DNA of 64,000 bases from an uncultured Pseudomonadota bacterium. Its GTDB lineage: Bacteria; Pseudomonadota; Alphaproteobacteria; JACZXZ01. Within the stretch, counting starts at the first letter, position 1. Every line of letters begins with the position of its first letter. Below the pieces are notes generated by a model. The model ran no database searches, was not told the DNA's origin, and saw only the letters and a program-made list of their open reading frames with translations. The DNA lies in contig CAVVLJ010000017.1 of NCBI GenBank assembly GCA_963749075.1, forward strand, positions 608,001-672,000, in the 5' to 3' direction. Below, one piece after another: positions 1 to 11,055 of the stretch. The translations under genes and the position numbers were made by a program.

Positions 1-1167
1 GCTGCGCGGGGTCATGTTGTCGCGGTCGTCGATCGTGTAGCTCGCCCGCACGTTCACTCGATCCAGCGGCTCCGAGGTGATTGCCGCATTGCCGAAGATC
101 GTGTTGACCAGCCCGTCGAGGCTCGAGCGCGGTATCGAAATCCCGGTCGCGTTCACATTGCCGGTCGAGGGCGCGAAGGCGTCGTTCTGCATCTGCAGCC
201 CGTAGGCGAAATTGACGTTGAGCCGCGTCCTCGGCGTGACATTGAGACCGACCTGGGCCTTGACCTGATGGGCCGAGTTGCTCGGCGGCGTGCTCCAATA
301 GGCGCTCAAGCCGGCGACGCCGGGTCCGAAAGTCGCGGCCGACAAGGCAAAGGGATTCTGACCCTGGAAATAGGTCGTGTTGTCGTTGAAGGCGGAGAAC
401 GTGTAGCCGAGCTGGGCCTGCAGGCGGGCGCCGTTATATTGCGCCATGGCCTCGTAGCGGCCGGTGTCGTAGTTGATCGGCTCGGGGAAATAGAGAACCG
501 CACCGGTGGTCACGGCGCTGTAGGACGGCGAGACCGGGGTGCCGCCGAAGGTCAGGCCGGTCTCCTTGATGCCCTCCTTGTGCTCCTGGCGAATGTTCGT
601 GCTGAAGACCCAATCGCCCACCTGATAGTGGGCATTGCCGCCGAAGATGTTGCGCTGGGTCTTCGCCTCGAGGACGTTCAGCTTGCCCGTGAGCGACGTG
701 GCAGATCCCACGCTGCCCTTGGCTATGCCCGCCGCAAGCGAGCCGTTTGGATTGTAGACGCTGTGGAAGGTGTTGGAGCCATAATAGGGAATGCCGTCGT
801 AGTAGAACTTCAGGCCCCATGTGCCCTGCTGGCCGTAGGCGGCGCTGACGGAGCGGGACGTGAGTCCCAGATTGGCGGCCTCGATGTCCCAATAGTGCGT
901 CCCGCCGGAGTCCCAGGGGTCGTGGCCGCGATAGGTGAAGTCGCCGATCGCGAAACCCGGATCGACCAGCCCGGTGAAGCGGCCGAAGAGGAAGGACTTG
1001 CCGCTGACGTAGCCGGCGCCGACGGTGACCTCATTGGTGCCGCTGGGCTCCGCATTCGCATCGGGAGCGCTTGTCCCAGCGTTGGTGCTTTGAGCCTGCT
1101 GCGCGCGGACTGCAAGCGGCACGAGACAGCTTGCCGCCAATGCCGCGACGATCAATGTGCGCTTCAT
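1..1167 (-). CDS. mtrB: MtrB/PioB-family outer-membrane beta-barrel of a porin-cytochrome complex (3' part runs off the window)
   Basis: Not in the ORF track. Read by hand from ATG 1167: MKRTLIVAALAASCLVPLAVRAQQ...EVTVGAGYVSGKSFLFGRFTGL...NLGLTSRSVSAAYGQQGTWGLKFYYDGIPY. Signal peptide and beta-strand pattern; lies directly downstream of the decaheme gene. Confidence 0.88.
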   Translation of the reverse strand, partial: MKRTLIVAALAASCLVPLAVRAQQAQSTNAGTSAPDANAEPSGTNEVTVGAGYVSGKSFLFGRFTGLVDPGFAIGDFTYRGHDPWDSGGTHYWDIEAANLGLTSRSVSAAYGQQGTWGLKFYYDGIPYYGSNTFHSVYNPNGSLAAGIAKGSVGSATSLTGKLNVLEAKTQRNIFGGNAHYQVGDWVFSTNIRQEHKEGIKETGLTFGGTPVSPSYSAVTTGAVLYFPEPINYDTGRYEAMAQYNGARLQAQLGYTFSAFNDNTTYFQGQNPFALSAATFGPGVAGLSAYWSTPPSNSAHQVKAQVGLNVTPRTRLNVNFAYGLQMQNDAFAPSTGNVNATGISIPRSSLDGLVNTIFGNAAITSEPLDRVNVRASYTIDDRDNMTPRS

Positions 1168-1221
1168 GGTCGCCCCCCATACGCGACTCGCAGTTACGCC
1201 CCAAACTCCCCCGTCAAGCGC

Positions 1222-2193
1222 TCACCGTAAGAAAGCGGCTCCCGCCGGATTGTTCGAACCGTGGATCTGGGAGTGGCAATTGATGCAGCCGTGCGCCATC
1301 AGCTGGAACTTCCCGATGATGGCCCCAGCGAACGTGCCCCCAACCGTGTTCGCGCCGCTATAGGGCTCGCCCGGGTGGAACGTGGTGTCGTGGCAATTCT
1401 GGCAGAGATACGGCGGACGCTCCTTCAGCAGGCGGGCCTGGGTGGAGCCGTGCGGCGTGTGGCAATTGGTGCAGTCCTCCGCCACCGGCGGGTGCTCCCA
1501 GAGAAGCGGACCGCGCTTCTCCGCGTGGCAGGTGTAGCAAGTCTCGTTGATGGTGTACTCCTTGAGGGCCTTCGGACCCGGAGAGCCGTGCGGATTGTGG
1601 CAGTCCGAGCACACCACTTTGCCCTCGCGGATCGGGTGGTGCGAGTACTCGAAGCTCTGCGCACGCTGCTCGGCGTGGCAGGTGAAGCACACCTGCGGCT
1701 GCGTCGCCTTGACCAGCACGGGATCCTTCGCCGCATGCGCGGTGTGGCAGTTGACGCAGGCGACCCCGCTGCTCTCCATCAGGCTGCCCTTCCAGTTCAT
1801 GCGCAGGCCCGACTCGTGACAGCTCAGGCAGACGCCGTTGCGCGCCTCGACCGGCGATTTCTTGGCGCCTCGGAAGACGATCGCCGGCAACACCGTCGTC
1901 GGCGACGCCACATGCGCGGCGCTCGGTCCGTGACAGGTCTCGCAGCCCTGCTGGGCGAACGGCGTGCGCGAATCGCCCGTCACCGCCATCGGCGTCTGGA
2001 ATATGAGGTTAACGGGAGCCTGGTCGTGGCAGCCGAGGCACGTCTTCGTGCCCCCTTCGGCATAGGCTCCGGCCGCTGCTTGCGCCGCCTGCGCTTGCGC
2101 CACCTGCTGTGGCTCGGTCGCCTGCGCCGTCAGCGTCCACCACGCGGCGCCCAGTGCGCACAGAACTCCGACCGTCAGCCTCGCGTTCGCCAT
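1222..2193 (-). CDS. mtrA: Periplasmic decaheme cytochrome c, DmsE/MtrA/MtoA/PioA family
   Basis: Signal peptide, exactly 10 CxxCH motifs, HPIREGKVVCSDCHNPHGS and C-terminal CINCHSQIHGSN typical of the family. Confidence 0.95.
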   Translation of the reverse strand: MANARLTVGVLCALGAAWWTLTAQATEPQQVAQAQAAQAAAGAYAEGGTKTCLGCHDQAPVNLIFQTPMAVTGDSRTPFAQQGCETCHGPSAAHVASPTTVLPAIVFRGAKKSPVEARNGVCLSCHESGLRMNWKGSLMESSGVACVNCHTAHAAKDPVLVKATQPQVCFTCHAEQRAQSFEYSHHPIREGKVVCSDCHNPHGSPGPKALKEYTINETCYTCHAEKRGPLLWEHPPVAEDCTNCHTPHGSTQARLLKERPPYLCQNCHDTTFHPGEPYSGANTVGGTFAGAIIGKFQLMAHGCINCHSQIHGSNNPAGAAFLR

Positions 2194-2838
2194 GGAGCTC
2201 CCCCTCCGCTTCGTGGAGCGCTGATTTGTTGCAGCCGCGCTCCGCTAGCGTCGCGTCTAACTCATGTTGCCGCTCTTCGCATCTTTGCCGTTCTTAGAAG
2301 CCTCTCCTCGTTCCGCGAGCGTCTAACCATTGACCGCGACGACATCGGCGCCGCCCCAAGCGAGGGGCAGCGCGTTCGCGGGAGACAGGCGATGGAAGAG
2401 AACCGCCGTGCGGCCGGCATGCAGCGCCTGGCGCGATCGCCCTGCATCGCGTGCGGCGTGCGCCAGCTTGCGGCTAAGCTGCACTGACACGGCGCCCTTG
2501 GCGAAGCCCCCTAGGGGTTCACCCGGCGCAGCCGCCCCTCTGCACATCGACGCCCCCCATGAGCCGGCCACCCTCAGTCTTAACCCGTCCCCTCAACGCC
2601 AGCCTTCATTCATCTGGACCATTCCGCTCGTCCTTGTGAATGAACGCCTTTTTCAGCCACTGGTACTCTCCGAGGGTTCGCTTGCTTTTTGTAGTGCCAG
2701 GATCATATTTTCAATTAATACCAGACCTATCTTCGTTGTAGACGCTCTCCGCGGCCCCTCGGTTCTCGCCGCAGCGGATGCCGCTCTCGACCTCGACGCG
2801 GCGAGACCATTTCCTACGGTCGATCGACATCTCGGTCT

Positions 2839-2852
2839 CTGATCTGGATCAA
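2839..2852. promoter_or_regulatory. FNR/FixK-type box (1 mismatch) between divergent mtrA and the cbcL-like gene
   Basis: CTGAT-CTGG-ATCAA versus consensus TTGAT-N4-ATCAA. Confidence 0.6.
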
Positions 2853-3127
2853 TGCCGCGAGCCGGAGCTGCGCGAGCGGCCATCCCCGCGCTCCCCGGAC
2901 GACCCTGGCGCTCGACGGCCAGATCGGCCGAGTCGCATAGAAAAATCAGAATGATAACGGCTTCGACGGGGCCTGCGACGGGAGCGACGGCCGCCGCACT
3001 CCGGCCGCGCGATGCGGCCGGTTGCCCTCGCAATTCAGCCCGGCGAGGTCCAATTCCGGTCTTGTCTGCAGCCGCGATGGGCGTACTCTCCCGACGATAA
3101 GGGCTGGGTTACTCGGCCATCTGGGGA

Positions 3128-4940
3128 ATGTCGGATCAAACGGGGAGATCCAGTCCGATGCGACGTGCGAGACTTGCCGTGTGGCTCACGGCAGCCGTCT
3201 TTGGCGGCATGATGTGTTGTCCCGCAACGCCGAGCGCCTGGTCGGCGGAGAGCGCCGCGGCCGGCTCTCATTCCGCCGACCCCGCGGCCGCATCTCCGGA
3301 CCTCAACGACAACGCGACCTGCCTGGCGTGCCATGGCAACCCGGACTTCATCGTGCCGCGGGCCGACGGAAGCGTGCGCTCGCTCTACATCGACAAGAAC
3401 CATTTTGCTGCCAGCGTGCACGGCAAGCTGCTGGTGTGCGTCAATTGCCACACCAAGATCACCGAAATCCCCCACAGGGACGTGTCGAAGACCCTGCTCG
3501 CGTGGCGCCAGAGCATTCCTCCCATATGCGGCACCTGCCACGCCGACCAGCTCAGCCAGTACATGACGTTGGTGCACGCCAAGGAGATCATGAAGGACGG
3601 CAATCCCAAGGCAGCCGTCTGCTCGGATTGCCACGGCGCGCACAACATCGCGAACCCCACACCCGAGCATGTCAGGTTCACCATCATAGAGAACTGCGGC
3701 AACTGCCACCAAGCGCAACTGAAGAGCTACCTCCAGACCTACCACGGCCAGGTCACCATCCTGGGCTACGGGTACACGGCCAAGTGTTTCGACTGCCACG
3801 GCAATCATGCCATCGTGCCGGTCGGCAGCCCGGCATCCCCGGTCTATCCGGCGAACCGGCTCAAGACCTGCCGGAAATGCCACACGCATGCGACGGCCGG
3901 CTTCGAGACGTTCGAGCCCCACGCCACGACCAACAACCTCTCGCGCTATCCCTATACCTGGCTCGCATCGAAATTCATGTTCGCGCTCCTCGGCGGCACG
4001 TTCGCGTTTTTCTGGACGCATTCGGCGCTGTGGTACTACCGCGAGGTGCGGGACCACCTGGCGATGAAGCATCGGCCGCACGTCAAGACGGCCGAGCTGC
4101 TGCAGGACAAGCCCGTCTACTACCAGCGCTGGAGCGCCATGTGGCGCATCGCCCACCTTTCCTTCGCGATCTGCATGATCGCGCTGATCCTCACCGGCAT
4201 GACCCTGTTCTATGCCGACAGCTTCTGGGCGCCGGCGGTCCAGAGGGCGTTCGGCGGCCCGCGCATCACCGGCACGGTCCACCGCATCTTCGCGGTCGTG
4301 TTCGTGTCGATCTTCGTCGCCCACCTCGGCTACGTGGTGGTGCGCGTCGGCAGGCAGTTGCGCACGTTCGACTGGTTCGGGCCGTACTCGATGGTCCCCA
4401 GCCTGAAGGACCTCGAGGACGCCATCGGGATGTTCAGGTGGTTCTTCGGCCTCGGCCCGCAGCCCCTGTTCGACAAGTGGACCTACTGGCAGAAGTTCGA
4501 CTACTGGGCGCCGTTCTGGGGCGTCACCATCATCGGCGTGAGCGGCGCCATGATGTGGTTCAACACCTTGACGGCATCCTACCTGCCCGGGTGGGTGTTC
4601 AACGTCGCCATGATCTTCCACGGCGAGGAGGCCTTCCTGGCCGCCGCGTTCCTCTTCACGGTGCATTTCTTCAACAACCACTGGAGGCCGGAGAACTTCC
4701 CGCTCGACACCATGATGTTCACCGGCGTCATGCCGCTGGAGAAATTCAAGCGGGAGCATATCATCGAGTACAACCAACTCGTCGCATCGGGCCGGCTCGC
4801 GGACTACATCGTCCACGCGCCGTCGCGGCCCATGACGGTCGGCTCCAAGATTTCTGGGCTTCACCCTGATGGCGGCAGGCCTGATCCTCCTGGTCCTGAT
4901 CATGAACGGCTTCGCGCACAACCTGATCACAGGCGAATGA
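3128..4940 (+). CDS. CbcL-like inner-membrane protein: heptaheme cytochrome c fused to an FdnI/HydC-type cytochrome b; +1 indel near 4852
   Basis: 7 CxxCH, then TM helices with conserved His (RIAHLSF, TVHRIFA, IFHGEEAFLA, TVHFFNNHWRP) and KFDYWAPFWG. Removing one T at ~4852 restores a final TM helix ILGFTLMAAGLILLVLIMNG ending at TGA 4940. Confidence 0.85.
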
Positions 4941-5140
4941 TCATGGGCCGCAGGCTTCCGGCGGCCAGGAGAAGAGACTCGCTTGGCCCCGTTGCGGAGC
5001 AACCGATCGCGCGCCGCTGACATCGCCGCCGCAGTGCAGCTCCATTATCGCCTGCGCCGCATTGATCCAAGGCGAAGTTCAGGGCTAAGCTCCCGGCGCG
5101 CGCAGGGTCTCGGGCGGAGCGGTGGCAGCCGGAGAACGGC

Positions 5141-6772
5141 ATGAATCGGCAAAGCCTCAAGTTCAAGGTCGGTCTCTATCTCACCGCGGCACTTTCCCTG
5201 GCGGTGGTTCTGTTCACCGTGGTGGTCGCCTGGAATCAGCGGAACGAGCTGCTCGACACGGTGGCCGGCTACGTCATCCAGCTTTCCGAGGTCATTACCA
5301 GAAGCACGCGTTTCGCAATGCTTCAGAATCAGCCCGCCTACGTGGATACCATCATCCGCGACGTAGCCCAGCAGGAAGGCATCGACAGGATCAGGATCTT
5401 CAGCGCGGACGGCAGGATCACGCATTCGACCTACCCTCCCGAGATCGGCCAGATCGTGGACCGCAAGGCCGAAGGCTGCTCGCTGTGCCACCAGACCGAG
5501 AAGCCGCTCGAGGAAGTTCCCATGGGCAAGCGGACATGGACCTTCACGGCCCCCGGAGGAGAGCGTCTTTTGGGCAGCATGCAGGTGATCCGCAATGCGC
5601 CCTCCTGCTACAACGCCGCCTGTCATCAGCACGCCAAGGACACCCCCGTGCTCGGCGTCCTCGATATCCGCTATTCGCTGAACGACATGGATCGGAGGAT
5701 CCGCGGGAACGTGCTTACGATCATCGCATTTTCCCTGGGATTCGTGCTCGTCGCCTCGCTCACGGTCGGCCTTTTCGCCCACCCTCTGGTCTATGTGCCG
5801 CTGCGCGATTTGGAAGCCGGGGCGAGGCGCATCGCCGCCGGCAATCTGGAGGAGCCCATTCCGGTGCGGAGCGGCGACGAGTTCGGCGAGCTTGCGCGCT
5901 CCTTCAATGCCATGACGGCAGCGCTGCGGAATTCCCGCTCGGAGCTGCGCGAGTGGGCGGCGACGCTCGAGCAGAAAGTCGAGAGAAGAACCGAGCAGCT
6001 CCGCATTGCCCAGGCCGAAGCCACGCGGGGAGAAAAGCTGGCTTCGGTCGGACTGCTCGCCTCCGGCATCGCCCACGAGCTGAACAATCCGTTGACCGGC
6101 GTCCTCACCTTCTCGCAGCTGCTGCGGGAAAAGATGGCGGACGGGAGCCAGGACGCGGAGGACATGGACCTCGTGATCCGGGAAACCAGGAGGTGCGCCA
6201 GCATCATCCGAAGGCTGCTCGATTTCGCGCGAGAGAAGCCGCCGGAGAAGAAATTCGCCGACCTCAACCAGATCATCGAAGACACCGCCCGTCTCGTCGA
6301 ACGGCCCGCCCATTTGCGCGATATCGCCGTCACCCTGGACCTCGACCGAACCCTGCCGCAGGCCTGGATCGACCCGGACCAGATCAAGCAGGTCGTCATG
6401 AACCTGCTCGTCAACGCCCAGCATGCGATCGACGGAGAGGGCGGCATCGTTGTGCGCACGCGGCAAGTGCCGCACCCGAGAGCCTCGCAACCTGGCGCCA
6501 CCGCCGCGCCGATGGTGGAATTTTCGGTCAGCGATACCGGATGCGGAATACCCAATGAAAACTTCGGGCGGATTTTCGATCCCTTCTTCACCACCAAGAT
6601 CGGAATGGGCACGGGACTGGGATTGTCCGTCAGCCATGGCATCGTCGAGGCTCATGGCGGTACGATCGAAGTCGAAAGCGAAGTGGGGGAGGGCTCCACA
6701 TTCCGGGTCCGCCTCCCTCTCGTCCGGTCGCCCGAACTCGTGGACAGCGGCAGTCGAGGGAACATTTCGTGA
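5141..6772 (+). CDS. Sensor histidine kinase with periplasmic heme c motif, HAMP, HisKA and HATPase domains
   Basis: Two TM helices flank CSLCH and CYNAACH; H-box AHELNNPL, N-box NLLVNA, DTGCG, FFTTK, GTGLGL. Confidence 0.92.
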   Translation: MNRQSLKFKVGLYLTAALSLAVVLFTVVVAWNQRNELLDTVAGYVIQLSEVITRSTRFAMLQNQPAYVDTIIRDVAQQEGIDRIRIFSADGRITHSTYPPEIGQIVDRKAEGCSLCHQTEKPLEEVPMGKRTWTFTAPGGERLLGSMQVIRNAPSCYNAACHQHAKDTPVLGVLDIRYSLNDMDRRIRGNVLTIIAFSLGFVLVASLTVGLFAHPLVYVPLRDLEAGARRIAAGNLEEPIPVRSGDEFGELARSFNAMTAALRNSRSELREWAATLEQKVERRTEQLRIAQAEATRGEKLASVGLLASGIAHELNNPLTGVLTFSQLLREKMADGSQDAEDMDLVIRETRRCASIIRRLLDFAREKPPEKKFADLNQIIEDTARLVERPAHLRDIAVTLDLDRTLPQAWIDPDQIKQVVMNLLVNAQHAIDGEGGIVVRTRQVPHPRASQPGATAAPMVEFSVSDTGCGIPNENFGRIFDPFFTTKIGMGTGLGLSVSHGIVEAHGGTIEVESEVGEGSTFRVRLPLVRSPELVDSGSRGNIS

Positions 6773-8193
6773 GCGTGAAAATATTGGTCGTCGACGACGA
6801 GCGCATCATTATCGACAGTTGCCTTCGCATCTTGAGGAACGACGACTATCAGCTCGATGCCGTCCAGGACGGTTTGGAGGCGCTGCGCAAGATCGACGAG
6901 AACCATTACGACATCGTCATCCTGGACATCATGATGCCGAAGATCGACGGCCTCGAGGTGCTGCGCCGCGTCAGGGAGGGGCACCCCGACATCGATGTCA
7001 TCATGATCACCGGACTGTCGCAGATCGAGACGGCCGTGAAATCGATGAAGCTCGGGGCCTTCGACTACCTGCCCAAGCCGTTCGATCCGGACGAGCTCAG
7101 GCTCGTGGTGCATCGCGCGCTGGAGCGGCGGCGATTGCTCCAGGAGAACCTGAATCTCAAGACCGAGGTCGGCGCCAAGTACCGCTTCGAGAACATCATT
7201 GGGGCGAGCCCCCAGATGCAGAGCGTCTTCCGCCTTGTCGCCAAGTGCGCTCCGACCAACTCGACGGTGATGCTCACCGGCGAGTCGGGAACGGGCAAGG
7301 AGCTGATCGCTCGCGCCATTCACTACAACAGTCTGCGCAAGGACAAGCCGTTCGTCCCGGTGGACTGCAACGCGCTCAGCGAGAACCTGCTGGAGAGCGA
7401 GTTGTTCGGGCACGTCAAGGGCGCCTTCACCGGCGCTGTGGCGAACAAGAAGGGCATGCTGGAAACCGCCGGCGGCGGAACGCTTTTTCTCGACGAGATC
7501 GGCAATATCTCCCTCTCGACCCAAGCCAAGCTGCTGCGGGTCATTCAGGAGCGGGAGTTCAGGGCGGTCGGGGATACCAAGACGCAGGCCGCCAACTTCA
7601 GATTGATCACCGCGACCAACAAGGACCTCAAGGCCATGGTCGCGGACGGCAGGTTCCGCGAGGATCTCTTCTATCGGATCAACATCTTCCCCATCCGCAA
7701 TCCGCCGCTGCGAGAGCGCCGCGACGACATACCTGCCTTGGCCTTCCACTTCCTCGGCGTCTTCAGCGGGGAGATGGCGAAAAAGGTGACGGAGTTCTCC
7801 GACGAGGCCATGCGCGTGCTCATGAACTACGATTGGCCGGGCAATGTGCGGGAGCTCGAAAGCACGGTGCAGCGCGCGGTCATTCTGGCGACCGACGCCG
7901 TCATTCGCCGGGCGCATCTGTTCAGCATCGACGAGTTGCCGCCGGGGCTTGCTCTCGACATCCCGAAAACGGGCGAGGAGCTCAAGCAGATCAAGAAACT
8001 TGCGCGCGAGAAGTCGGTCGAGAACATCGAGAAGCTGTTCGTTCTCGATGCGCTCAAGAGAAACGCCTGGAACGCGACCAAGAGTGCCGAGGAGACCGGC
8101 ATGCAGCGCGCCAATTTCCAGGCTCTGATGAGAAAATACAACATCCGGATCCAGGAAGCCGAGCGCGATCCCGGCGAGCCCGATGCCTCGTAG
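6769..8193 (+). CDS. Sigma54-dependent NtrC-family response regulator
   Basis: Receiver domain, GESGTGKE, ESELFGHVKGAFTGA, WPGNVREL, C-terminal HTH; overlaps the kinase stop (GTGA). Confidence 0.95.
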   Translation: MSVKILVVDDERIIIDSCLRILRNDDYQLDAVQDGLEALRKIDENHYDIVILDIMMPKIDGLEVLRRVREGHPDIDVIMITGLSQIETAVKSMKLGAFDYLPKPFDPDELRLVVHRALERRRLLQENLNLKTEVGAKYRFENIIGASPQMQSVFRLVAKCAPTNSTVMLTGESGTGKELIARAIHYNSLRKDKPFVPVDCNALSENLLESELFGHVKGAFTGAVANKKGMLETAGGGTLFLDEIGNISLSTQAKLLRVIQEREFRAVGDTKTQAANFRLITATNKDLKAMVADGRFREDLFYRINIFPIRNPPLRERRDDIPALAFHFLGVFSGEMAKKVTEFSDEAMRVLMNYDWPGNVRELESTVQRAVILATDAVIRRAHLFSIDELPPGLALDIPKTGEELKQIKKLAREKSVENIEKLFVLDALKRNAWNATKSAEETGMQRANFQALMRKYNIRIQEAERDPGEPDAS

Positions 8194-8257
8194 GAGGCAG
8201 GCCGGCCTCCCTCGCGCCAGTCCCCGGCGCGGCGTCGCGCGCACGGTGCCGCAGCCC

Positions 8258-8893
8258 TCAGGCCGGCCGGAAATCCCCGTTCTCGCCCCGGCTCCCGGCT
8301 GAGCCATGCAGATCGGCAATCCGCGAAGCGATCTGATCCACTGCCTGCCATGAGGTGAATTCGACGCAGCTCCGCGGGTCGGTCGGTCCTCCCGTCATCT
8401 TCATGATGAAGCGGATGATCTGGCGATCGAGCCAGCGGTAATGCGGGTAGTCGAGCCGCCCGGCGACGGCGGCCGCCAAAACCGGCTTCAGCCCATGTCG
8501 GGCCAGCAATTTCCGAAGATATTGATGGCCCGCGGCGGCGTCCTTCCCCGCCTTCCTGGCGGCCAGATTCACCGAGACGAAGACAAGCGGAGCCCGCGCG
8601 AGCAGCTCTCCGTACGTCGCAAAGAAGCGCTCCGCTTCCGGCAGATGCCGGCCATATCGCACGGCCGCAACCACGACGACCAAGGGGGCCGCGGCGAGAT
8701 CCGCCGCCGCCGGAAACGCGCCCGCCAGGTCATGCGGCGGTGCGCAGATCCCGTGGTCGGCAAGCCGGTCCGCTATATGCGATGCGATCCGCCGCGATTG
8801 ACCGTCACGCGTGGCGTAGAACAAAAGCATCTTCTGACCCGGGTTCGCAGCGCAGCGCTGCACGGGCCTCTTCGACGATTGCCGCCGCGACAT
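8258..8893 (-). CDS. hemG: Quinone-dependent protoporphyrinogen IX dehydrogenase (flavodoxin fold); start may be 8830
   Basis: LLFYATRDGQSRRIA, SVNLAARK, AGRLDYPHYRWLDRQIIRFIMKMTGGPTDP..VEFTSWQAV match HemG. Confidence 0.88.
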   Translation of the reverse strand: MSRRQSSKRPVQRCAANPGQKMLLFYATRDGQSRRIASHIADRLADHGICAPPHDLAGAFPAAADLAAAPLVVVVAAVRYGRHLPEAERFFATYGELLARAPLVFVSVNLAARKAGKDAAAGHQYLRKLLARHGLKPVLAAAVAGRLDYPHYRWLDRQIIRFIMKMTGGPTDPRSCVEFTSWQAVDQIASRIADLHGSAGSRGENGDFRPA

Positions 8894-8946
8894 GCCCGCG
8901 CGGCGAGGAGATCGACGCGGTCATTCCGCTCGCCGCGGCCGCGCCC

Positions 8947-9591
8947 TCACTCCGCCCCATCGGCGCTCTCGCTGTCCTCGACCTCCTCGTAGCCGTCGAA
9001 CATCGCCTTGTACTTCTCGAGCGGCGTGCGGCCCAGCGTTCCGAGATAGGCATGGAACGAGATATAGAACGCGAAAAAGATGAAGATCAGCACGTGCACC
9101 GTATCGACGACGCGCACCCCGCCGAAAAAGGTCACCGCACCCGAAAAGCGCGTGAGATCCCAGAGCAGGATTCCCGTGACGCACTGAATGGGAAGCACGA
9201 TGAGCATGACGATCTGGTACGCCACGCTTTGCAGCGGATTGAACTTGCTGTAGACGCTCACCTGATGCGGATCGGGCGCTCCCTTGAAGATGCCATAGCC
9301 GTAATAGAGGAGCTGGCGCAGGTTGCCGCGGTAATATTCGATCGGATTTAGCTCGGGGTGGTAGACCCTGATCTTGTCGGAGAAAAGATAGAAGAAAAAC
9401 CACACGAAGAAGTTGGCGATGAGGACGAAGCCGATCCAGTTGTGGACGGCGACGGCAATCCTGAAAGGGACCACGTCGATAAGGCCAACGTAGCGGATCT
9501 GCACGCCGGTGAGAACCATCATCACGCAGGCGACCGCGTTGATCCAATGCCAAATCCTCACGGGGAGGGGGTGAACGTAAATCCGATGCAT
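8947..9591 (-). CDS. Di-heme cytochrome b (HydC/FdnI/PhsC type), CbcB-like
   Basis: MHRIYVHPLPVRIWHWINA, VHNWIG, KFNPLQ, VHVLIF, SFHAYL; four TM helices; starts 6 nt after the multiheme gene. Confidence 0.88.
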   Translation of the reverse strand: MHRIYVHPLPVRIWHWINAVACVMMVLTGVQIRYVGLIDVVPFRIAVAVHNWIGFVLIANFFVWFFFYLFSDKIRVYHPELNPIEYYRGNLRQLLYYGYGIFKGAPDPHQVSVYSKFNPLQSVAYQIVMLIVLPIQCVTGILLWDLTRFSGAVTFFGGVRVVDTVHVLIFIFFAFYISFHAYLGTLGRTPLEKYKAMFDGYEEVEDSESADGAE

Positions 9592-9596
9592 CTTGC

Positions 9597-10908
9597 CTAC
9601 CCTTTCCGTTGCTCGCGGGCCTTTCGGTTCAGGTATCGCTTGAAGGCCCATCTCGCGGTCAGATGGGCGACGGGCAGCGCGATGCCGCCGAGCAGAGCGA
9701 GGACAAAAAGAACGTCGAGAAACGTGATCCTGGTGCCGCCGATGGCGTAGAAGCCGCCGATCGAATCGATGGAGAAGACGGAGCTCAAGACCTGTTTGCT
9801 GGCGCCATAGCGCACCGGTATGCCGGTTGGGCCGGCGACGGACACCGTGACGCTCTCGAACGCGTCGGCTCCCGCCCGGTGGCAGGTATTGCAATCGCTG
9901 ATCGCCGCGGTCTTGCCCGCGAGCTCGTGCGCCTCGACCCCCGTGCGCACCTCCAAGCGGCCCTTGAGGCTCGTCTTGTCCCCGACGCCCGGGCGATTGA
10001 GCGTCTTGAGCAGCGTCCAGAGCGTCGTCGCATCCAGGCCAGGCTTCCCTGCAGTCGGGGAAGCGGTGCGACTTTCGAACTCGGGAATGCCCACCGGCCC
10101 GGAAACCTCCCTTTGCGCCGTGCTGTCATAGAGGATGAGGTCGACCATCCGCTGCGCCTTCGGCACATGGCAGGCGGCGCAGGACACCACGTCGAAATGC
10201 AGCGCGGCATTCGGGAGCCAATTGCTGTGCGCAGCGAGTGCGCCGGTATGGCAGCCGAGACAGAACGTCCTTCAATCCGTTGACCGCCGAGGGAACGTTC
10301 ACGTCATGGGCGCCGTGGCAACCGAAGCACAGGGGAGCCTGGGTCACGCCTTTGCGGCGTGCCACGCCATGCACGCTCGCGGCATAGGCGGTGAAGATGG
10401 CGCCGTGGCAGGTCTTGCAGGGAACCGTATCCATCGCCTCGGCCGCGCCCTTCATCACCGCGTGAGGCGAATGGCAGCCCGTACAAAGCGGGGCGTCCGG
10501 GTTCCCTGAGCGGACGAGAGCCGCGTGGACGCTTTTATCCCATTCCCCGAACTGATCGCTGTGACAGGTGCCGCAGACTTTGACCATCGCGATGGAAAAG
10601 TCGTGCTTGCTGCTGATGGTGTGCTCCGCCGGAGGATGACTGGCCGGGTCTATGTCGGTATGGCAGCCGGTGCAGCCGAGCGCGCTGTGGACCGATTGCG
10701 CGAAGGCATCGCCGGGTATGTGCAGCGAGAGCGATTCGCCGCTTGCGAGCTGCTTCTCCATCCCCGGAGCCCCATGGCACGCCAGGCATTGCTGGTCGCC
10801 CTCGGAGAGTGCAGCCGCAGATGCCGACGCCGTCATCCCGGCAAGAGCCAGCACGACGGCTGCGACAGCCGCGCCGATCGCGGCCGTAGCGAATGGTCCA
10901 TGTCCCAT
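9597..10908 (-). CDS. Membrane-anchored nonaheme cytochrome c, CbcA-like; +1 indel near 10265
   Basis: Signal peptide and 6 CxxCH in ORF 10126-11055. Removing one base at GACGTTCTGT gives KDVCLGCH and joins ORF 9597-10190 (CAACH, CNTCH, C-terminal TM helix), for 9 hemes in total. Confidence 0.85.
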
Positions 10909-11041
10909 CCCGCCGCCTGAGCCGGGCTTCCTCACGTGCGTCTCCGCATTTTCGTCTCGGTCCCCTTGGCCGCCGCCGGGGCACGCCACGCCCACCTTCC
11001 GATCCTTGCGCCTCTTCTGCACGCGAGCGCTTCGCCGGTCC

Positions 11042-11055
11042 TTGATGCAGATCAA
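11042..11055. promoter_or_regulatory. Perfect FNR/FixK box upstream of the nonaheme-cytb-hemG genes
   Basis: TTGAT-GCAG-ATCAA, intergenic. Confidence 0.8.

Noticed and set aside
268-1230. 320-aa plus-strand ORF, and many other long antisense ORFs (e.g. 3035-5023, 32027-34609, 60624-63077)
   Set aside because: Shadow frames of real opposite-strand genes in high-GC DNA; no recognisable motifs.
2682-2700. Possible sigma54 promoter for mtrAB (CTGGCACTACAAAAAGC on the minus strand)
   Set aside because: GG-to-GC spacing is 11 nt rather than the required 10.
2194-3127. Hidden mtrC/mtoD-type gene or structured RNA upstream of mtrA
   Set aside because: No CxxCH-bearing ORF and no recognisable RNA family; treated as regulatory DNA.
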